Source: Emticicia agri
GTDB lineage: Bacteria; Bacteroidota; Bacteroidia; Cytophagales; Spirosomataceae
Length of the DNA: 64,000 bases
Direction of reading: 5' to 3'
Assembly (NCBI GenBank): GCA_945860265.1
Contig: CAMAQF010000008.1
Coordinates: 3,810-67,809, forward strand
Positions 38,419-48,729 of this stretch are shown piece after piece. Positions within the stretch are counted from its first letter, which is position 1. Every line of letters begins with the position of its first letter. The notes beneath the pieces were generated by a model that worked only from the letters and a program-made list of their open reading frames with translations, was not told the DNA's origin and searched no databases. Both the position numbers and the translations under genes were made by a program.

Positions 38419-39723
38419 TTACCAAAACTTCACTCCCGACAACCTACTGATTTCGAGTTTAGCCAATAAAGCCTGATAATCATATTGTAATAAATTAAAT
38501 TTTGCTTCTTCTAAACCTGTCTCGGCTGATTGAATTTCGAGCGGTGTACTTACGCCATTAACTAATCTATTTTTAGCCAATTTCAAACTATACTCAGCTT
38601 GAAAAATATTACTTGTAGCCAATTCTTTTTTCTGATTCGCTACTTTTATATCATTATAAGCATTTTCAAGGTCACGGCTTATCTGTATTTTCTGCGACTC
38701 CGTTCCATGCTTCGCTGCATCAAGGTTTATTTTAGCAATTTGCGTGTTATATTCTCCACGTTTTCCTGTATAAATCGGCATTGAAAGTTTTACACCTATC
38801 AATGAGTTTGGTCTTAAAATAGCAATATCAGGCAAATAACCATTACGCACACCAAGCGAAGCATTAGCAGCTAACGTTGGTAAACTACTCATGCTCGAAA
38901 TTTTCACTTCTTGAGCCAAAACACTTTCTTTTATAAGCAAGCTTTTCAAATCAATGTTGTTTACAATCGCCTCATTATAAGCACTTTGCATGTCTGGCTT
39001 TCCATAGGCAAATTGTAACTCGGCATTAGCGGTGATTAATTTTCTTGCATCAGAACCAATCAACGAACTCAAAAAAATGTATTGTCTTTCAAGTTGGCCT
39101 TGTAGGTCTATCACTCGCATTTCGGCATTATTGTAGCGTACTTGCACCTGTACAGCATCATATTCAAGTGCATCGCCACTTTTTATACGGTCGGTAATAA
39201 TTTTGCCGTTCTCTTGCACCAATTTCACTTGGTCTTGCTGCACTAAGATGGCTTTCTGTAAGTATATAATGCTAAAATATAATTGTGAAACTTGATAAGC
39301 CAAGGTATGTTTCAGTGTTTCAATTCCACCTGTTTGTTGCTGAATTTCAAGAACTGTTTTCTTTACACTTTCCTTAAATCTTCCCCAGTCATAAATCACA
39401 TAAGACGCTGCAATACTAGCATTGTAATTATTATGCGGCTGAAATTGAATGATGCGAGGTTCGCCATTAACTGGCAAAGTAGCCTTTGCGATTGGGTCAA
39501 CTCTTGCGTAGCTCACATCGCCACTTACCTGCGGTTTAAGGCCAGTTTCTTGAACTTTGATTCTGTAATCTCCAACGCCGAGTAATTGCTGCTGCTCTTT
39601 TACCCTTGGCGAATAATCGATGGCTTGATTGATAAATTTAGAAAGTACTTGCTCGCTACTCTGTGCAAGCACTTCGTTACCTAGAAACAAGCAAACAATG
39701 ATGAATATTTTATTGATTTTCAT
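38419..39723 (-). CDS. TolC-family outer-membrane efflux protein
   Basis: Signal peptide, OEP repeats (YVIYDWGR, MPIYTG), last gene of an emrAB-type operon. Confidence 0.88.
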   Translation of the reverse strand: MKINKIFIIVCLFLGNEVLAQSSEQVLSKFINQAIDYSPRVKEQQQLLGVGDYRIKVQETGLKPQVSGDVSYARVDPIAKATLPVNGEPRIIQFQPHNNYNASIAASYVIYDWGRFKESVKKTVLEIQQQTGGIETLKHTLAYQVSQLYFSIIYLQKAILVQQDQVKLVQENGKIITDRIKSGDALEYDAVQVQVRYNNAEMRVIDLQGQLERQYIFLSSLIGSDARKLITANAELQFAYGKPDMQSAYNEAIVNNIDLKSLLIKESVLAQEVKISSMSSLPTLAANASLGVRNGYLPDIAILRPNSLIGVKLSMPIYTGKRGEYNTQIAKINLDAAKHGTESQKIQISRDLENAYNDIKVANQKKELATSNIFQAEYSLKLAKNRLVNGVSTPLEIQSAETGLEEAKFNLLQYDYQALLAKLEISRLSGVKFW

Positions 39724-39798
39724 TTTTTTAGTTTCGATATTTAAAACAAAGACTAGAGATAAAACTCTCATAATCAATGTCTAAAATTGATAATTGTA

Positions 39799-41400
39799 TT
39801 AGTGTGATTCGGCTGCTGCTTTGGTTGCAGCCGCAATTTGGTCGGGCGATTTTTTCTTAGTTTTTAATAGTACCACCAATGGTAAAACACACAAGAAAAA
39901 TATGGCAATAATTCTAAAAGTGTCTAAATATGCCAGATAGTACGATTGTTTGTCGAGCATCAATTCCAACTGTCGATACGCTTGCTTAGAGGCTAAAGCT
40001 ATATCACCCGAGCGAGATAAAAATCCCATTTTGATGGCATTGAATTTTTCGAGAAACAACGGATTATTGGGCGTGTAATTAGCCACCAAGTCAGTGCGGT
40101 GTTGGGCATATTGAATTGTAATGTAGTTATTGGCCAATGCAATACCGAATGCTCCTCCAAGCTGACGAATCATGTTGGTAAGCGAAATGCCTGAACCAAA
40201 TTCGCTTGGTTTTAAACCAGCCACCGAGGCATTGATAAGTGGTAATTGTAGCAAAACTGTGCCTAAACCACGTAAAAGTTGTATCGGATAAAAATCCCAA
40301 CGCCCCATGTCGGCGGTTGCTGTTCCGCTATAAAAACCGAAGAAAGCAAAAATCAAAAGCCCAGCCACAACAAATGGTATCGGTGATGCCCCTTCCGACA
40401 TTCGTTTGCCTAAAATCGGAAAGAGTGGTAAAATCGTAAGTGTCGGAAAGAACAATGATAGCCCGGTCTCGTAAGGAGTAAAACCATTGATACGCTGCAC
40501 CATTAATGGGTAAACGAAAACCGATGTAAACAAACCAAAGCCAGAAACTAATACGAAAATCGACGAAAAAGCGAAGTTTCGATTAGCAAAAACTCTTAAG
40601 TTTACTACTGGATGGTCGGTGTTTAGCTCTCGACTGATAAATCCTACTATTCCGAGTGCCGCAAATAAAGCTATTATCGAAATCTCTCTCGACTGAAACC
40701 AGTCTTTCGACTCCCCTTTTTCAAGAATATATTGCAATGAGCCAATACCAATAATCAACAATATAATTCCGAAGTAATCAATCTTTATACTAGCTTTATT
40801 TTTCCCTTCACCTTCATTTCGTGGTATGTATAAAACCGTCAGAATTGTAGCAATTATACAAATTGGCACATTGATATAAAAAATATCTCCCCAAGTAAAG
40901 TTATCGACGATGTATCCTCCCACACTTGGTCCGAGTGTGGGTCCGAGTACGATTCCCATTCCGAAAAGCCCCGAAGCCATGCCTCGTTCTTTACCCGGAA
41001 AAGCATCAAACAAAATGGATTGTGAGGTAGAAAGCAAAGCTCCTCCACCTATTCCTTGAATAAATCTCCAAAAAACAAGCTCCCATAATGTATCAGAGTT
41101 TCCACACAAATACGACGCAATACCAAACAAAATCATTGATGCCAAATAATAGTTTTTTCGACCAAAATATTCGGCCAAAAAACCTGTCATCGGAATCACG
41201 ATTACGTTTGCAATGGCATAAGACGTAATCACCCAAGCTATATCTTCAATTGTTGCCCCCAACGAACCCGCAATCTGATTTAGAGCTACATTGACAATCG
41301 TTGTGTCGAGTAGCTCCATCACGGCGGCCGTTATGGTTGTCAGTACAATTATGAATCGTGCTGCACCGATGGGCTTTTTTGTATTTTCTGTATTTTCCAT
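39799..41400 (-). CDS. DHA2 (EmrB/QacA) MFS efflux permease
   Basis: MELLDTTIVNVAL, WVITSYAIA, RFIQGIGGG, GPTLGPSVGG, FYINVP. Confidence 0.93.
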   Translation of the reverse strand: MENTENTKKPIGAARFIIVLTTITAAVMELLDTTIVNVALNQIAGSLGATIEDIAWVITSYAIANVIVIPMTGFLAEYFGRKNYYLASMILFGIASYLCGNSDTLWELVFWRFIQGIGGGALLSTSQSILFDAFPGKERGMASGLFGMGIVLGPTLGPSVGGYIVDNFTWGDIFYINVPICIIATILTVLYIPRNEGEGKNKASIKIDYFGIILLIIGIGSLQYILEKGESKDWFQSREISIIALFAALGIVGFISRELNTDHPVVNLRVFANRNFAFSSIFVLVSGFGLFTSVFVYPLMVQRINGFTPYETGLSLFFPTLTILPLFPILGKRMSEGASPIPFVVAGLLIFAFFGFYSGTATADMGRWDFYPIQLLRGLGTVLLQLPLINASVAGLKPSEFGSGISLTNMIRQLGGAFGIALANNYITIQYAQHRTDLVANYTPNNPLFLEKFNAIKMGFLSRSGDIALASKQAYRQLELMLDKQSYYLAYLDTFRIIAIFFLCVLPLVVLLKTKKKSPDQIAAATKAAAESH

Positions 41401-41457
41401 AAACATCAACCCTGCAATTTCCCGCAGTTAAGGGTTTATTCTTCATAAGCCCTTACA

Positions 41458-42501
41458 TTACTTAATTTTCACCTCAACCTCCAAACTCATGCCTGCACGT
41501 AGTTTATCACGCAATTTTTCAACACCCTCAATAGCAATCTTTACTGGAATTTTCTGTGTAACTTTCACGAAGTTTCCACTTGCATTATCTGGCGGAAGAA
41601 GAGCATATTTTGCACCAGTTGCATCAGAAAAGTCAGCGATTTTTCCTTTCAATTCCATATCAGGGAAAGCATCTAATTTAAGATTGACTTCTTGTCCAAC
41701 CGCCAAACGGCTTATTTGCGTTTCTTTAAAATTGGCAACTACCCAATAAAGTGAATCTTGCACGATAGTTGCCAAGGTTTGCCCTGGCTGAATAAACTGA
41801 CCAGGCTCAACACTCTTACGACCAATCTTGCCATTTTCAGATGCATAAACTTTTGAATAAGTTAGCTTTAGTTTTTGTTGCTCAATTTTTACTCTTTGAA
41901 CTGCCAAAGCTGCTTCCGCTTTATGTAAATTTGAAGAAAGCACTTCAATACGAGATTTTGAGGCCATCCAATCTTGATTTTGGCTATCGTATTGAGCAAT
42001 AAAAACCTCCAAATTAGATTTACTATCATCGATTTGACGTTTTGTAATGGCATTATCAGCAAATAATTTTGTATCACGCTCAGCATCTTTTTGAGCTTTT
42101 TCTTTTCGTAAAGCCGTTGTTTTTAGACCAGATTCGGCGGCAGCAATAGTCATATTTGCATTTTTGATGCTTGCTGTTGCACTTTCTAAATCAGTGAGCA
42201 TTTGTTGGTACATTGCTTCCATTTCAACCAATGCCAAAAGTTGTTCACTATCATCAATATCAACCAATAATTGACCTTTCTTTACTTGCTCAAAATCTTT
42301 CATGTTCACGGCATTTACATAACCGCCCACCCTTGGCACAACCGGCACTGTGTAGGTTTCAATTTGTGCATTATCAGTGGTTTCGTAAATCTGATTGTAC
42401 TCATATTTATTATAAGCGTAGATAGCAGCACTTATCACGATTAATAATAAGATGATGCGTGGAATGTAATTTTTAAACGATTTTTTAGGCAAATTTTCCA
42501 T
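41458..42501 (-). CDS. HlyD/EmrA-family membrane fusion protein
   Basis: TTDNAQI, WVVANFKETQ, LLPPDNASGNFVKVTQKIPVKI. Confidence 0.93.
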   Translation of the reverse strand: MENLPKKSFKNYIPRIILLLIVISAAIYAYNKYEYNQIYETTDNAQIETYTVPVVPRVGGYVNAVNMKDFEQVKKGQLLVDIDDSEQLLALVEMEAMYQQMLTDLESATASIKNANMTIAAAESGLKTTALRKEKAQKDAERDTKLFADNAITKRQIDDSKSNLEVFIAQYDSQNQDWMASKSRIEVLSSNLHKAEAALAVQRVKIEQQKLKLTYSKVYASENGKIGRKSVEPGQFIQPGQTLATIVQDSLYWVVANFKETQISRLAVGQEVNLKLDAFPDMELKGKIADFSDATGAKYALLPPDNASGNFVKVTQKIPVKIAIEGVEKLRDKLRAGMSLEVEVKIK

Positions 42502-42573
42502 ATTTTATTCAGTTTCTTGCGTTTGCTTTAGTTTTTAGCTCTTGGGTTTGATATTTTAATTTTAAGGTTACAA

Positions 42574-42611
42574 AGTAAACTAAGTTTACTAATTTAGTCA
42601 AGTAAGTTGAC
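42574..42611. promoter_or_regulatory. Two tandem palindromic operators, probably bound by the adjacent MarR
   Basis: AGTAAAC-TAA-GTTTACT (42574-42590) and GTCAA-GTAAG-TTGAC (42597-42611), beside a TATATTTG box at 42624-42631. Confidence 0.7.
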
Positions 42612-42708
42612 AATTATTTTTTTTATATTTGCTTTGTAGTATATTTATATTTTAATCAGAATTTAATGTAGAGAATTGGGCCCTGCCTGATTAGTTTCAC
42701 GATTAGCA

Positions 42709-43245
42709 ATGAACGAAGAATTACTGGCAGAAGTAGCCAAAATGAAAGCCAATAAAGAAAGATTGATGGGCAAGCTTCTCAACAAAACCTATCGCTACAT
42801 GAGCGATTTGGCGGGCGATTATCTAAAAGGCATCGGCTACGAAAACTTTCGTGTGGGACATATTGTAGCTTTGGTAAACATCGAAGTAGAAGGAACCAGC
42901 ATCAATACCTTAGCAGCATGTGCGGGCATGACCAAGCAAGGAATGAGTAAACTAGTCAAAGAATTGCAAGAACAAGGATTTGTGTTGGTAGAAAAAGACC
43001 CATCGGACGCACGTGCTTTGATAGTAAAATATACCGAAAAGGGCTTACAAGCCATGATTGACTGGCGAAAATGCACAAATTACATTAATCAAAAGTTTGG
43101 AGAAGTGCTTGGTGAAAACAAACTTGAAACTCTAAAAGACCTTTTGAGTGAGTTGGTGCATGAATACGAAAATAATTATGCGATAAGTTCAAAAAATCCT
43201 TTGAATCACATAATGTTGCAAGCCAAATGGACGACGGTCAAATAA
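42709..43245 (+). CDS. MarR-family transcriptional regulator, divergent from the efflux operon
   Basis: LAACAGMTKQGMSKLVKELQEQGFV...DPSDARALIVKYTEKG. Confidence 0.92.
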   Translation: MNEELLAEVAKMKANKERLMGKLLNKTYRYMSDLAGDYLKGIGYENFRVGHIVALVNIEVEGTSINTLAACAGMTKQGMSKLVKELQEQGFVLVEKDPSDARALIVKYTEKGLQAMIDWRKCTNYINQKFGEVLGENKLETLKDLLSELVHEYENNYAISSKNPLNHIMLQAKWTTVK

Positions 43246-43314
43246 TTCGAGACTTGTGATGGGTGCATCGCCAAAAATTGATAAATTCGCAGAGTTTTTA
43301 AAAGATGCTCATTT

Positions 43315-44154
43315 ATGTCTGTTACCGAAATCATTATTTTAGTGATAGTTTCATACGTCATTATTTGTTTAGTGGCCTACAAAGTACAGGAGTATTTTAT
43401 TTTTAAACCCGAAAAGCTGTCGCAAGACTTTGAGTTTCGGTATGATAACCATTTTGAAGAGTTATTCCTTGATATGCCCGATGGAGCAAAAATCAACGGA
43501 CTGCTTTTTTATGATGTAGGCGAAGAAACTCGAGGCTTAGTTATTTATTTTCATGGAAATACTCGTAGCATTAAAGGATGGGCAAAATATGCCAAAGATT
43601 TTATCTCGCACGATTATGATGTGTTGATGATAGATTATCGAGGTTTTGGAAAAAGTACTGGTAAACGACACGAAGAACGAATGTATGAAGACTCGCAAGT
43701 GGTTTATCATAAGATGCTTACGAAAGGTTATAACGAAAAAAACATTGTGATTTATGGGCGTTCACTTGGTTCAGGATTTGCTTGTAAACTGGCTTCCAAG
43801 AATCACCCAAAAACCTTGATTCTTGATGCTCCGTATTATAGTTTTTCGCAGTTGACCAATCGCTTTTTGCCATTTTTACCAGTTACTATGATTTTGCGGT
43901 TTTCTATCCGAACCGACCAATATATCAAGTTTGTTAAGTGTCCGATTTACATCATTCATGGCACAAAAGATTTATTGATACCGTTTCGTTCGAGTGTAAA
44001 GTTGGCAAAACTCGTCCCACAGAAAACCCGTTTAATACCAATTTACGGTGGCGGACACAATAATTTACCATCATTTCCCGAATATCACACACATCTCGAA
44101 GAAATATTACTCGATAGATTCGATTTGATTTTTGATAAACACCTTTTAAATTGA
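43315..44154 (+). CDS. Alpha/beta hydrolase (ABHD13-like), paralog 1
   Basis: YFHGN, DYRGFGKS, GRSLG, IHGTKD, GGGHN. Confidence 0.9.
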   Translation: MSVTEIIILVIVSYVIICLVAYKVQEYFIFKPEKLSQDFEFRYDNHFEELFLDMPDGAKINGLLFYDVGEETRGLVIYFHGNTRSIKGWAKYAKDFISHDYDVLMIDYRGFGKSTGKRHEERMYEDSQVVYHKMLTKGYNEKNIVIYGRSLGSGFACKLASKNHPKTLILDAPYYSFSQLTNRFLPFLPVTMILRFSIRTDQYIKFVKCPIYIIHGTKDLLIPFRSSVKLAKLVPQKTRLIPIYGGGHNNLPSFPEYHTHLEEILLDRFDLIFDKHLLN

Positions 44155-44227
44155 CGAATTACGATTGACGAATTATAAATTAAAAATCTGCAAACTATTC
44201 GTAAATCGTAATTCGTAAATCGTAATT
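44151..44227. repeat. Inverted heptamer tandem arrays
   Basis: TTGACGAATTACGATTGACGAATT ... TTCGTAAATCGTAATTCGTAAATCGTAATT. Confidence 0.7.
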
Positions 44228-44253
44228 TTTTAACTATTATCCATTAATTTTCC

Positions 44254-45057
44254 GTGTTTAAATTAAAATACCTTCAAATTGCCCTTACGATTTACGTTGT
44301 TCTGATTGCAGGCTTAGTACTTTTTCAGCGATTTATTCTTTTACACCCAAAAAAACTGGCAAAAGATTATCTATATGAATTTCCGAAAGCCGAAGAGTTT
44401 TATGTAGTAGTAGCCCCTGAGGTAAAACTAAATGCTCTTAGATTTGCATCAGAAGATAGTGTTTCGAAAGGCGTAGTACTTTATTATCACGGCAATGCCG
44501 ATAATTTGGCTCGTTGGGGCGAATATGCTTCCGAATTTACAAAGCGTGGCTACGACGTAGTGATGTACGATTACCGAGGTTTTGGTAAAAGTGATGGGCG
44601 TCTGGATGAACAAAATTTCATATTTGATGCCCAATATATTTTCGATGATTTGAGTCGTCGCTATAATCCCGATAAAATCGTACTTTATGGGCGTTCGTTT
44701 GGTTGTGGAGCAGCCATTAAGGTAGCTTCGACTAATCCAGTAAAAATGTTAATTCTCGAAACCCCTTATTATAGTTTGCCCGATGCAGCTTTTAGTCGTT
44801 TTCCGATTTTTCCGTTTAAATACGTTTCAGAATTTAAATTAAATGCCTATGAATGGCTGCCAAAAGTGCATTGTGATGTTCACGTTTTTCATGGTACCGA
44901 TGATGAAATCATTCCTTACAAACAAAGCGTAAAGCTTCTCGAATCGGCAAATAAAAACAATGACAAAACCCTCATTACATTACAGGGGGGGCATCATCGA
45001 GGTCTTGATAAATTTAAGGAGTATCAGACTAAATTAGATGAAATTTTGGCTAATTAA
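44254..45057 (+). CDS. Alpha/beta hydrolase (ABHD13-like), paralog 2
   Basis: YYHGN, DYRGFGKS, GRSFG, FHGTDD, GGHH. Confidence 0.9.
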   Translation: MFKLKYLQIALTIYVVLIAGLVLFQRFILLHPKKLAKDYLYEFPKAEEFYVVVAPEVKLNALRFASEDSVSKGVVLYYHGNADNLARWGEYASEFTKRGYDVVMYDYRGFGKSDGRLDEQNFIFDAQYIFDDLSRRYNPDKIVLYGRSFGCGAAIKVASTNPVKMLILETPYYSLPDAAFSRFPIFPFKYVSEFKLNAYEWLPKVHCDVHVFHGTDDEIIPYKQSVKLLESANKNNDKTLITLQGGHHRGLDKFKEYQTKLDEILAN

Positions 45058-45108
45058 GTCTGAAAAAATCATCGTCGGTTTAAGAAAATCACTTAAAACA
45101 CACATTCA

Positions 45109-46119
45109 TCATAAACTCTTTCTACGAATGGTGTAGAAAGGGTTTTTTATTTTTATTTGCTTTTTATCAAGCAAAAGTGCAGCTGCGGTTCGGCCCATTG
45201 TTTCAAAATCGGTCGTTATAACCGTGATTTCCAATAACTCTTTTAGGGTGGTTTCGTTGAACGAGATGACACCAATATCTTCCCCCAGTTTTAAGTTCAA
45301 CTGACGGGTTTTCTTTACCAACTCGGCCAAATCAGTTTCTTCAACCACTAAGTAAGCTGTTCCAAAATATAAAACTTCTTCGAGTGCGTTTTCTTTAATT
45401 TGAAAATCAAGTCCAAAATTCATACAAAACTGACGAAAACCATGCACAATATCACTTGGATAATTTCCATCACTTGGAAAAACCAACACCATTCGGCTAT
45501 ATTTTTCGAGTAAATCACGAAGTTCGTCCAGAGCATCAAATATATCTTTTTCAAAATCCTGATAAACGCTCAAACACGGTTTTATGTATTCGGGCAAATC
45601 TTTATCCAGCAAAATGAGTTCTTCCGAAGGGATTTTTTCTAAAGTTTTCAAGGCTAGAGTTTTATCGTTTTCGGGGAAGAAATGCGGCATAACTACGTAG
45701 TAATTATACTTTCCGATAGTATTTTCTATGATTTCGGCGAAAATCTTGGCATCGTAATGATGAATCTGTAAATCAACGCTTGCCTTATTACCTAAAACTT
45801 TCAAAAAAGCATAATATATCAGTTTTTTATAAGAACTTAACTTATTGAAAACCAACAAGATACGCATCTTATTATTATCAGTTCGGTTTACATAAAAACC
45901 CTTACCCTGCACCGAAGAAATAAAGCCTCGCTCTTTAAGCTCGCGGTATGCTTTCTCAACGGTATCACGAGCCAAGTAGTATTCTTCGCTTAGTTCGCTA
46001 ATTGATGGAAGCTGTTCGTCTTTTTTCAGAACCGCCCGCTCAATATCAGCAACGATTGACTGTACAATTTGCTTATACTTGGGGGTTTTATCGTTGGGAT
46101 TGAATTGTAGTTTATACAT
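45109..46119 (-). CDS. GntR-family regulator with periplasmic-binding-protein-like effector domain
   Basis: PKYKQIV, LPSISELS, ARDTVEKAYRELKERG, GKGFYV. Confidence 0.9.
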   Translation of the reverse strand: MYKLQFNPNDKTPKYKQIVQSIVADIERAVLKKDEQLPSISELSEEYYLARDTVEKAYRELKERGFISSVQGKGFYVNRTDNNKMRILLVFNKLSSYKKLIYYAFLKVLGNKASVDLQIHHYDAKIFAEIIENTIGKYNYYVVMPHFFPENDKTLALKTLEKIPSEELILLDKDLPEYIKPCLSVYQDFEKDIFDALDELRDLLEKYSRMVLVFPSDGNYPSDIVHGFRQFCMNFGLDFQIKENALEEVLYFGTAYLVVEETDLAELVKKTRQLNLKLGEDIGVISFNETTLKELLEITVITTDFETMGRTAAALLLDKKQIKIKNPFYTIRRKSL

Positions 46120-46249
46120 TTTTTTAATGTCGTTATTGCTGAAACTTTCTCAACATTTTGATGCAAACTTATCCATCAGGGATTTTCTGAAAGTCTATCG
46201 TTTTCAAATAATGGTTAAGTAAAAGTAATAATTATTCATCTTACAAACT

Positions 46250-46548
46250 AAGTTTTTATTTCGTCCTCGTATTACTTCTGCATGAGCAGTTTTTAAGGCA
46301 AATTCTTTTAAGTCTGAGATATTTTCTAATATTTAAATATTATTAATAATCATAACGTCTTCAAAAAATCTGAGAACTGCGGTGTTTTCATTATCGCCTT
46401 TGAGCCGGCATATAAACCCCTTACTTTGTTCGGCAAGGGCATTTATTTCGTCGAGATGTGCTACGAAATCAGCCAGTAATGGCCTATAAATCTGTTCTAA
46501 TAGTTTGGAGATATTTACTTAGGAGAGATGAAATTTTTGTGTTTTACT
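46250..46548 (-). pseudogene. DUF3291-family gene relic
   Basis: KFHLS*VNISKLLEQIYRPLLADFVAHLDEINALAEQSKGFICRLKGDNEN...IINNI*ILENISDLKEFALKTAHAEVIRGR; two stops, no start, truncated. Confidence 0.75.
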
Positions 46549-46559
46549 CTATAGAAAAT

Positions 46560-46597
46560 AAACCTGCAAGGTATTTTTCAAGGCCTTGCAGGTTTTT
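46560..46597. terminator. Intrinsic terminator after pgm
   Basis: AAACCTGCAAGG...CCTTGCAGGTTT. Confidence 0.75.
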
Positions 46598-46611
46598 GAT
46601 GCTTCAAAAAA

Positions 46612-48375
46612 TTAATTCAAATCCAATTCCACTTGAATCGACTTCACCTTTTCTTTTAAAGCCTCTAAAGTAGCATCAAATTCGTCTTTTTTATTCAATT
46701 TGGCTCTTACGCCTATGTAAAACTTGATTTTTGGCTCAGTTCCAGACGGGCGACAGGTAAATTTGGTCCCATCGGCCGTAAAAAATTGAAGCACATTCGA
46801 TGCTTCGATACCCATTTCCCCAGCTGGAATGGCTTTTTCTTCGTTAGTTTTTAAATCTTTTGTAATAAGAGATCTATAATCATCTGTGCGAATTATTTTC
46901 GATCCTGCCAATGATTTTGGTGGTTTCGCTCTAAAATCAAGCATCATTTGTTGTATTTCTTCTGCTCCAGTTTTTCCTTTCCTAGTTAATGAAATCAAAC
47001 CTTCATAGTAGAAACCATTCTTTTGGTACATTTCGGCCAAGAAATCAAATAATGTTAAACCTTCGTTTTTAGAAAACGCAGTTAGTTCGGCAATCATTGC
47101 ACAGCTTGCAATCGCATCTTTATCGCGTACTTTATCGCCAATCAAATAACCATAACTTTCTTCTCCACCGCCAATAAAGGTTTGTTTTCCTTCTAACTCT
47201 CTGATTACTTGAGCAATATATTTGAAGCCTGTAAGCGTATTATAGCAATTTACCCCTGCTTTTGCTGCCATTTCGTCAATCAAATCGGTTGTTACTATTG
47301 TTTTCGCTACAAACTCATTTCCGCTTAGTTTTTTTGCTTTTTTCCATGCTTTTAGTAAATAATATATTATCAAACTTGCTGCTTGGTTTCCATTTAATAA
47401 TTGCCATTCTCCTTTTGGGTCTTTTACTGCCATTCCCACACGGTCGGCATCAGGGTCGGTTGCTATTACCAAATCAGCATTGATTTCTCTCGCTTTTTTC
47501 AAAGCCAAACTCATTGCCTCTTTTTCTTCGGGGTTTGGATAAACTACCGTAGGGAAATTTCCATCGGGCGTGGCTTGCTCCTCTACTATATGAACATTCG
47601 TAAAACCCAGTTGTGCCAAAGCCTTCGGCACCATAGTAATACCAGTTCCGTGAATTGGAGAAAAAACAATGCTTAAATCTGATTGCTTTTTTATCATTCT
47701 TGGATTCACGCATATACTTTTTACAGCTTTCAAATAAGCCTTATCAAGTACTTCACCAATCATCTTGATGCGTTTCTTTACGCCTTTAAACTTAATATCT
47801 TTTACATTCGTAATAGCGTTAACTTCGGCCACAATATTTTTATCGTGTGGAGCAACAACCTGCGAACCATCTACCCAATAGACTTTATAACCGTTGTATT
47901 CACGTGGGTTATGCGATGCCGTGATAACTATACCACTTTGGCAACCCAACTGACGCACCGTAAACGAAAGCTGTGGTGTAGGGCGAAGCTCTTTATAAAG
48001 ATAAACCGTAATACCATTTGCCGAAAGAATATCGGCAGCTACGCGAGCAAACTCTGGTGAAAAATTACGGCTATCGTGTGCAATAGCTACTTTTATTTCT
48101 TGTCCAGCGAAGGTTTTGTTGAGGTAGTTTGCCAAACCTTGAGTAGCTGCACCAACCGTATATTTATTCATACGATTAGACCCAACACCTATTTCGCCAC
48201 GCATACCGCCTGTACCAAACTCTAAGTTTTTGTAGAAAGAATCAGTAAGCTGAGAACTATTTCCTTCATCTATTAGTTGCTGAATACTGGTTTTTGTATC
48301 ATCATCATATTTGCCTTTTAGCCAAGTTTTGATGTTTTTTTCTGCTGTTGTATCTAATTTAAGTGATTTTAGCAT
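46612..48375 (-). CDS. pgm: Phosphoglucomutase/phosphomannomutase
   Basis: FGTGGMRG, TASHNP, TDPDADR, GEESYG, RPSGTEPKIK. Confidence 0.93.
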   Translation of the reverse strand: MLKSLKLDTTAEKNIKTWLKGKYDDDTKTSIQQLIDEGNSSQLTDSFYKNLEFGTGGMRGEIGVGSNRMNKYTVGAATQGLANYLNKTFAGQEIKVAIAHDSRNFSPEFARVAADILSANGITVYLYKELRPTPQLSFTVRQLGCQSGIVITASHNPREYNGYKVYWVDGSQVVAPHDKNIVAEVNAITNVKDIKFKGVKKRIKMIGEVLDKAYLKAVKSICVNPRMIKKQSDLSIVFSPIHGTGITMVPKALAQLGFTNVHIVEEQATPDGNFPTVVYPNPEEKEAMSLALKKAREINADLVIATDPDADRVGMAVKDPKGEWQLLNGNQAASLIIYYLLKAWKKAKKLSGNEFVAKTIVTTDLIDEMAAKAGVNCYNTLTGFKYIAQVIRELEGKQTFIGGGEESYGYLIGDKVRDKDAIASCAMIAELTAFSKNEGLTLFDFLAEMYQKNGFYYEGLISLTRKGKTGAEEIQQMMLDFRAKPPKSLAGSKIIRTDDYRSLITKDLKTNEEKAIPAGEMGIEASNVLQFFTADGTKFTCRPSGTEPKIKFYIGVRAKLNKKDEFDATLEALKEKVKSIQVELDLN

Positions 48376-48729
48376 AACTAAATATCTATAGTTGAATATT
48401 TATATATAAAGATTTGAACAAATTAAAGCAAGTTTTTGATGTTTTTCAAGGATATCGAATATTATACATATACTTTATCAAAAATTACCCCAAAAATGCC
48501 AGTTCCAGCGTCTGGCATCATATTTTACAATTATCGCGTAGTGCTTTCAAATATATTTTATGCAGATAACTATTGTTTTACGGAAAGTCTAGATTCTCAA
48601 AAACTACTCATTATCAAATTTAATCTTAGAAACGTCAAGAAATTAAAAATAAAAAAATTTTAATTTATCAATTTTATCATAGAAATTTATGTTTTAACTT
48701 TAAACCAAACTCTAAAACAAGAATCAAAC

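Noticed and set aside
46458..46673. 71-aa plus-strand ORF
   Set aside because: Spans a terminator, the pgm end and the antisense of the DUF3291 relic
48436..48663. 75-aa ORF in the pgm / OmpA-MotB spacer
   Set aside because: TTG start, AT-rich, no motifs; probably spurious
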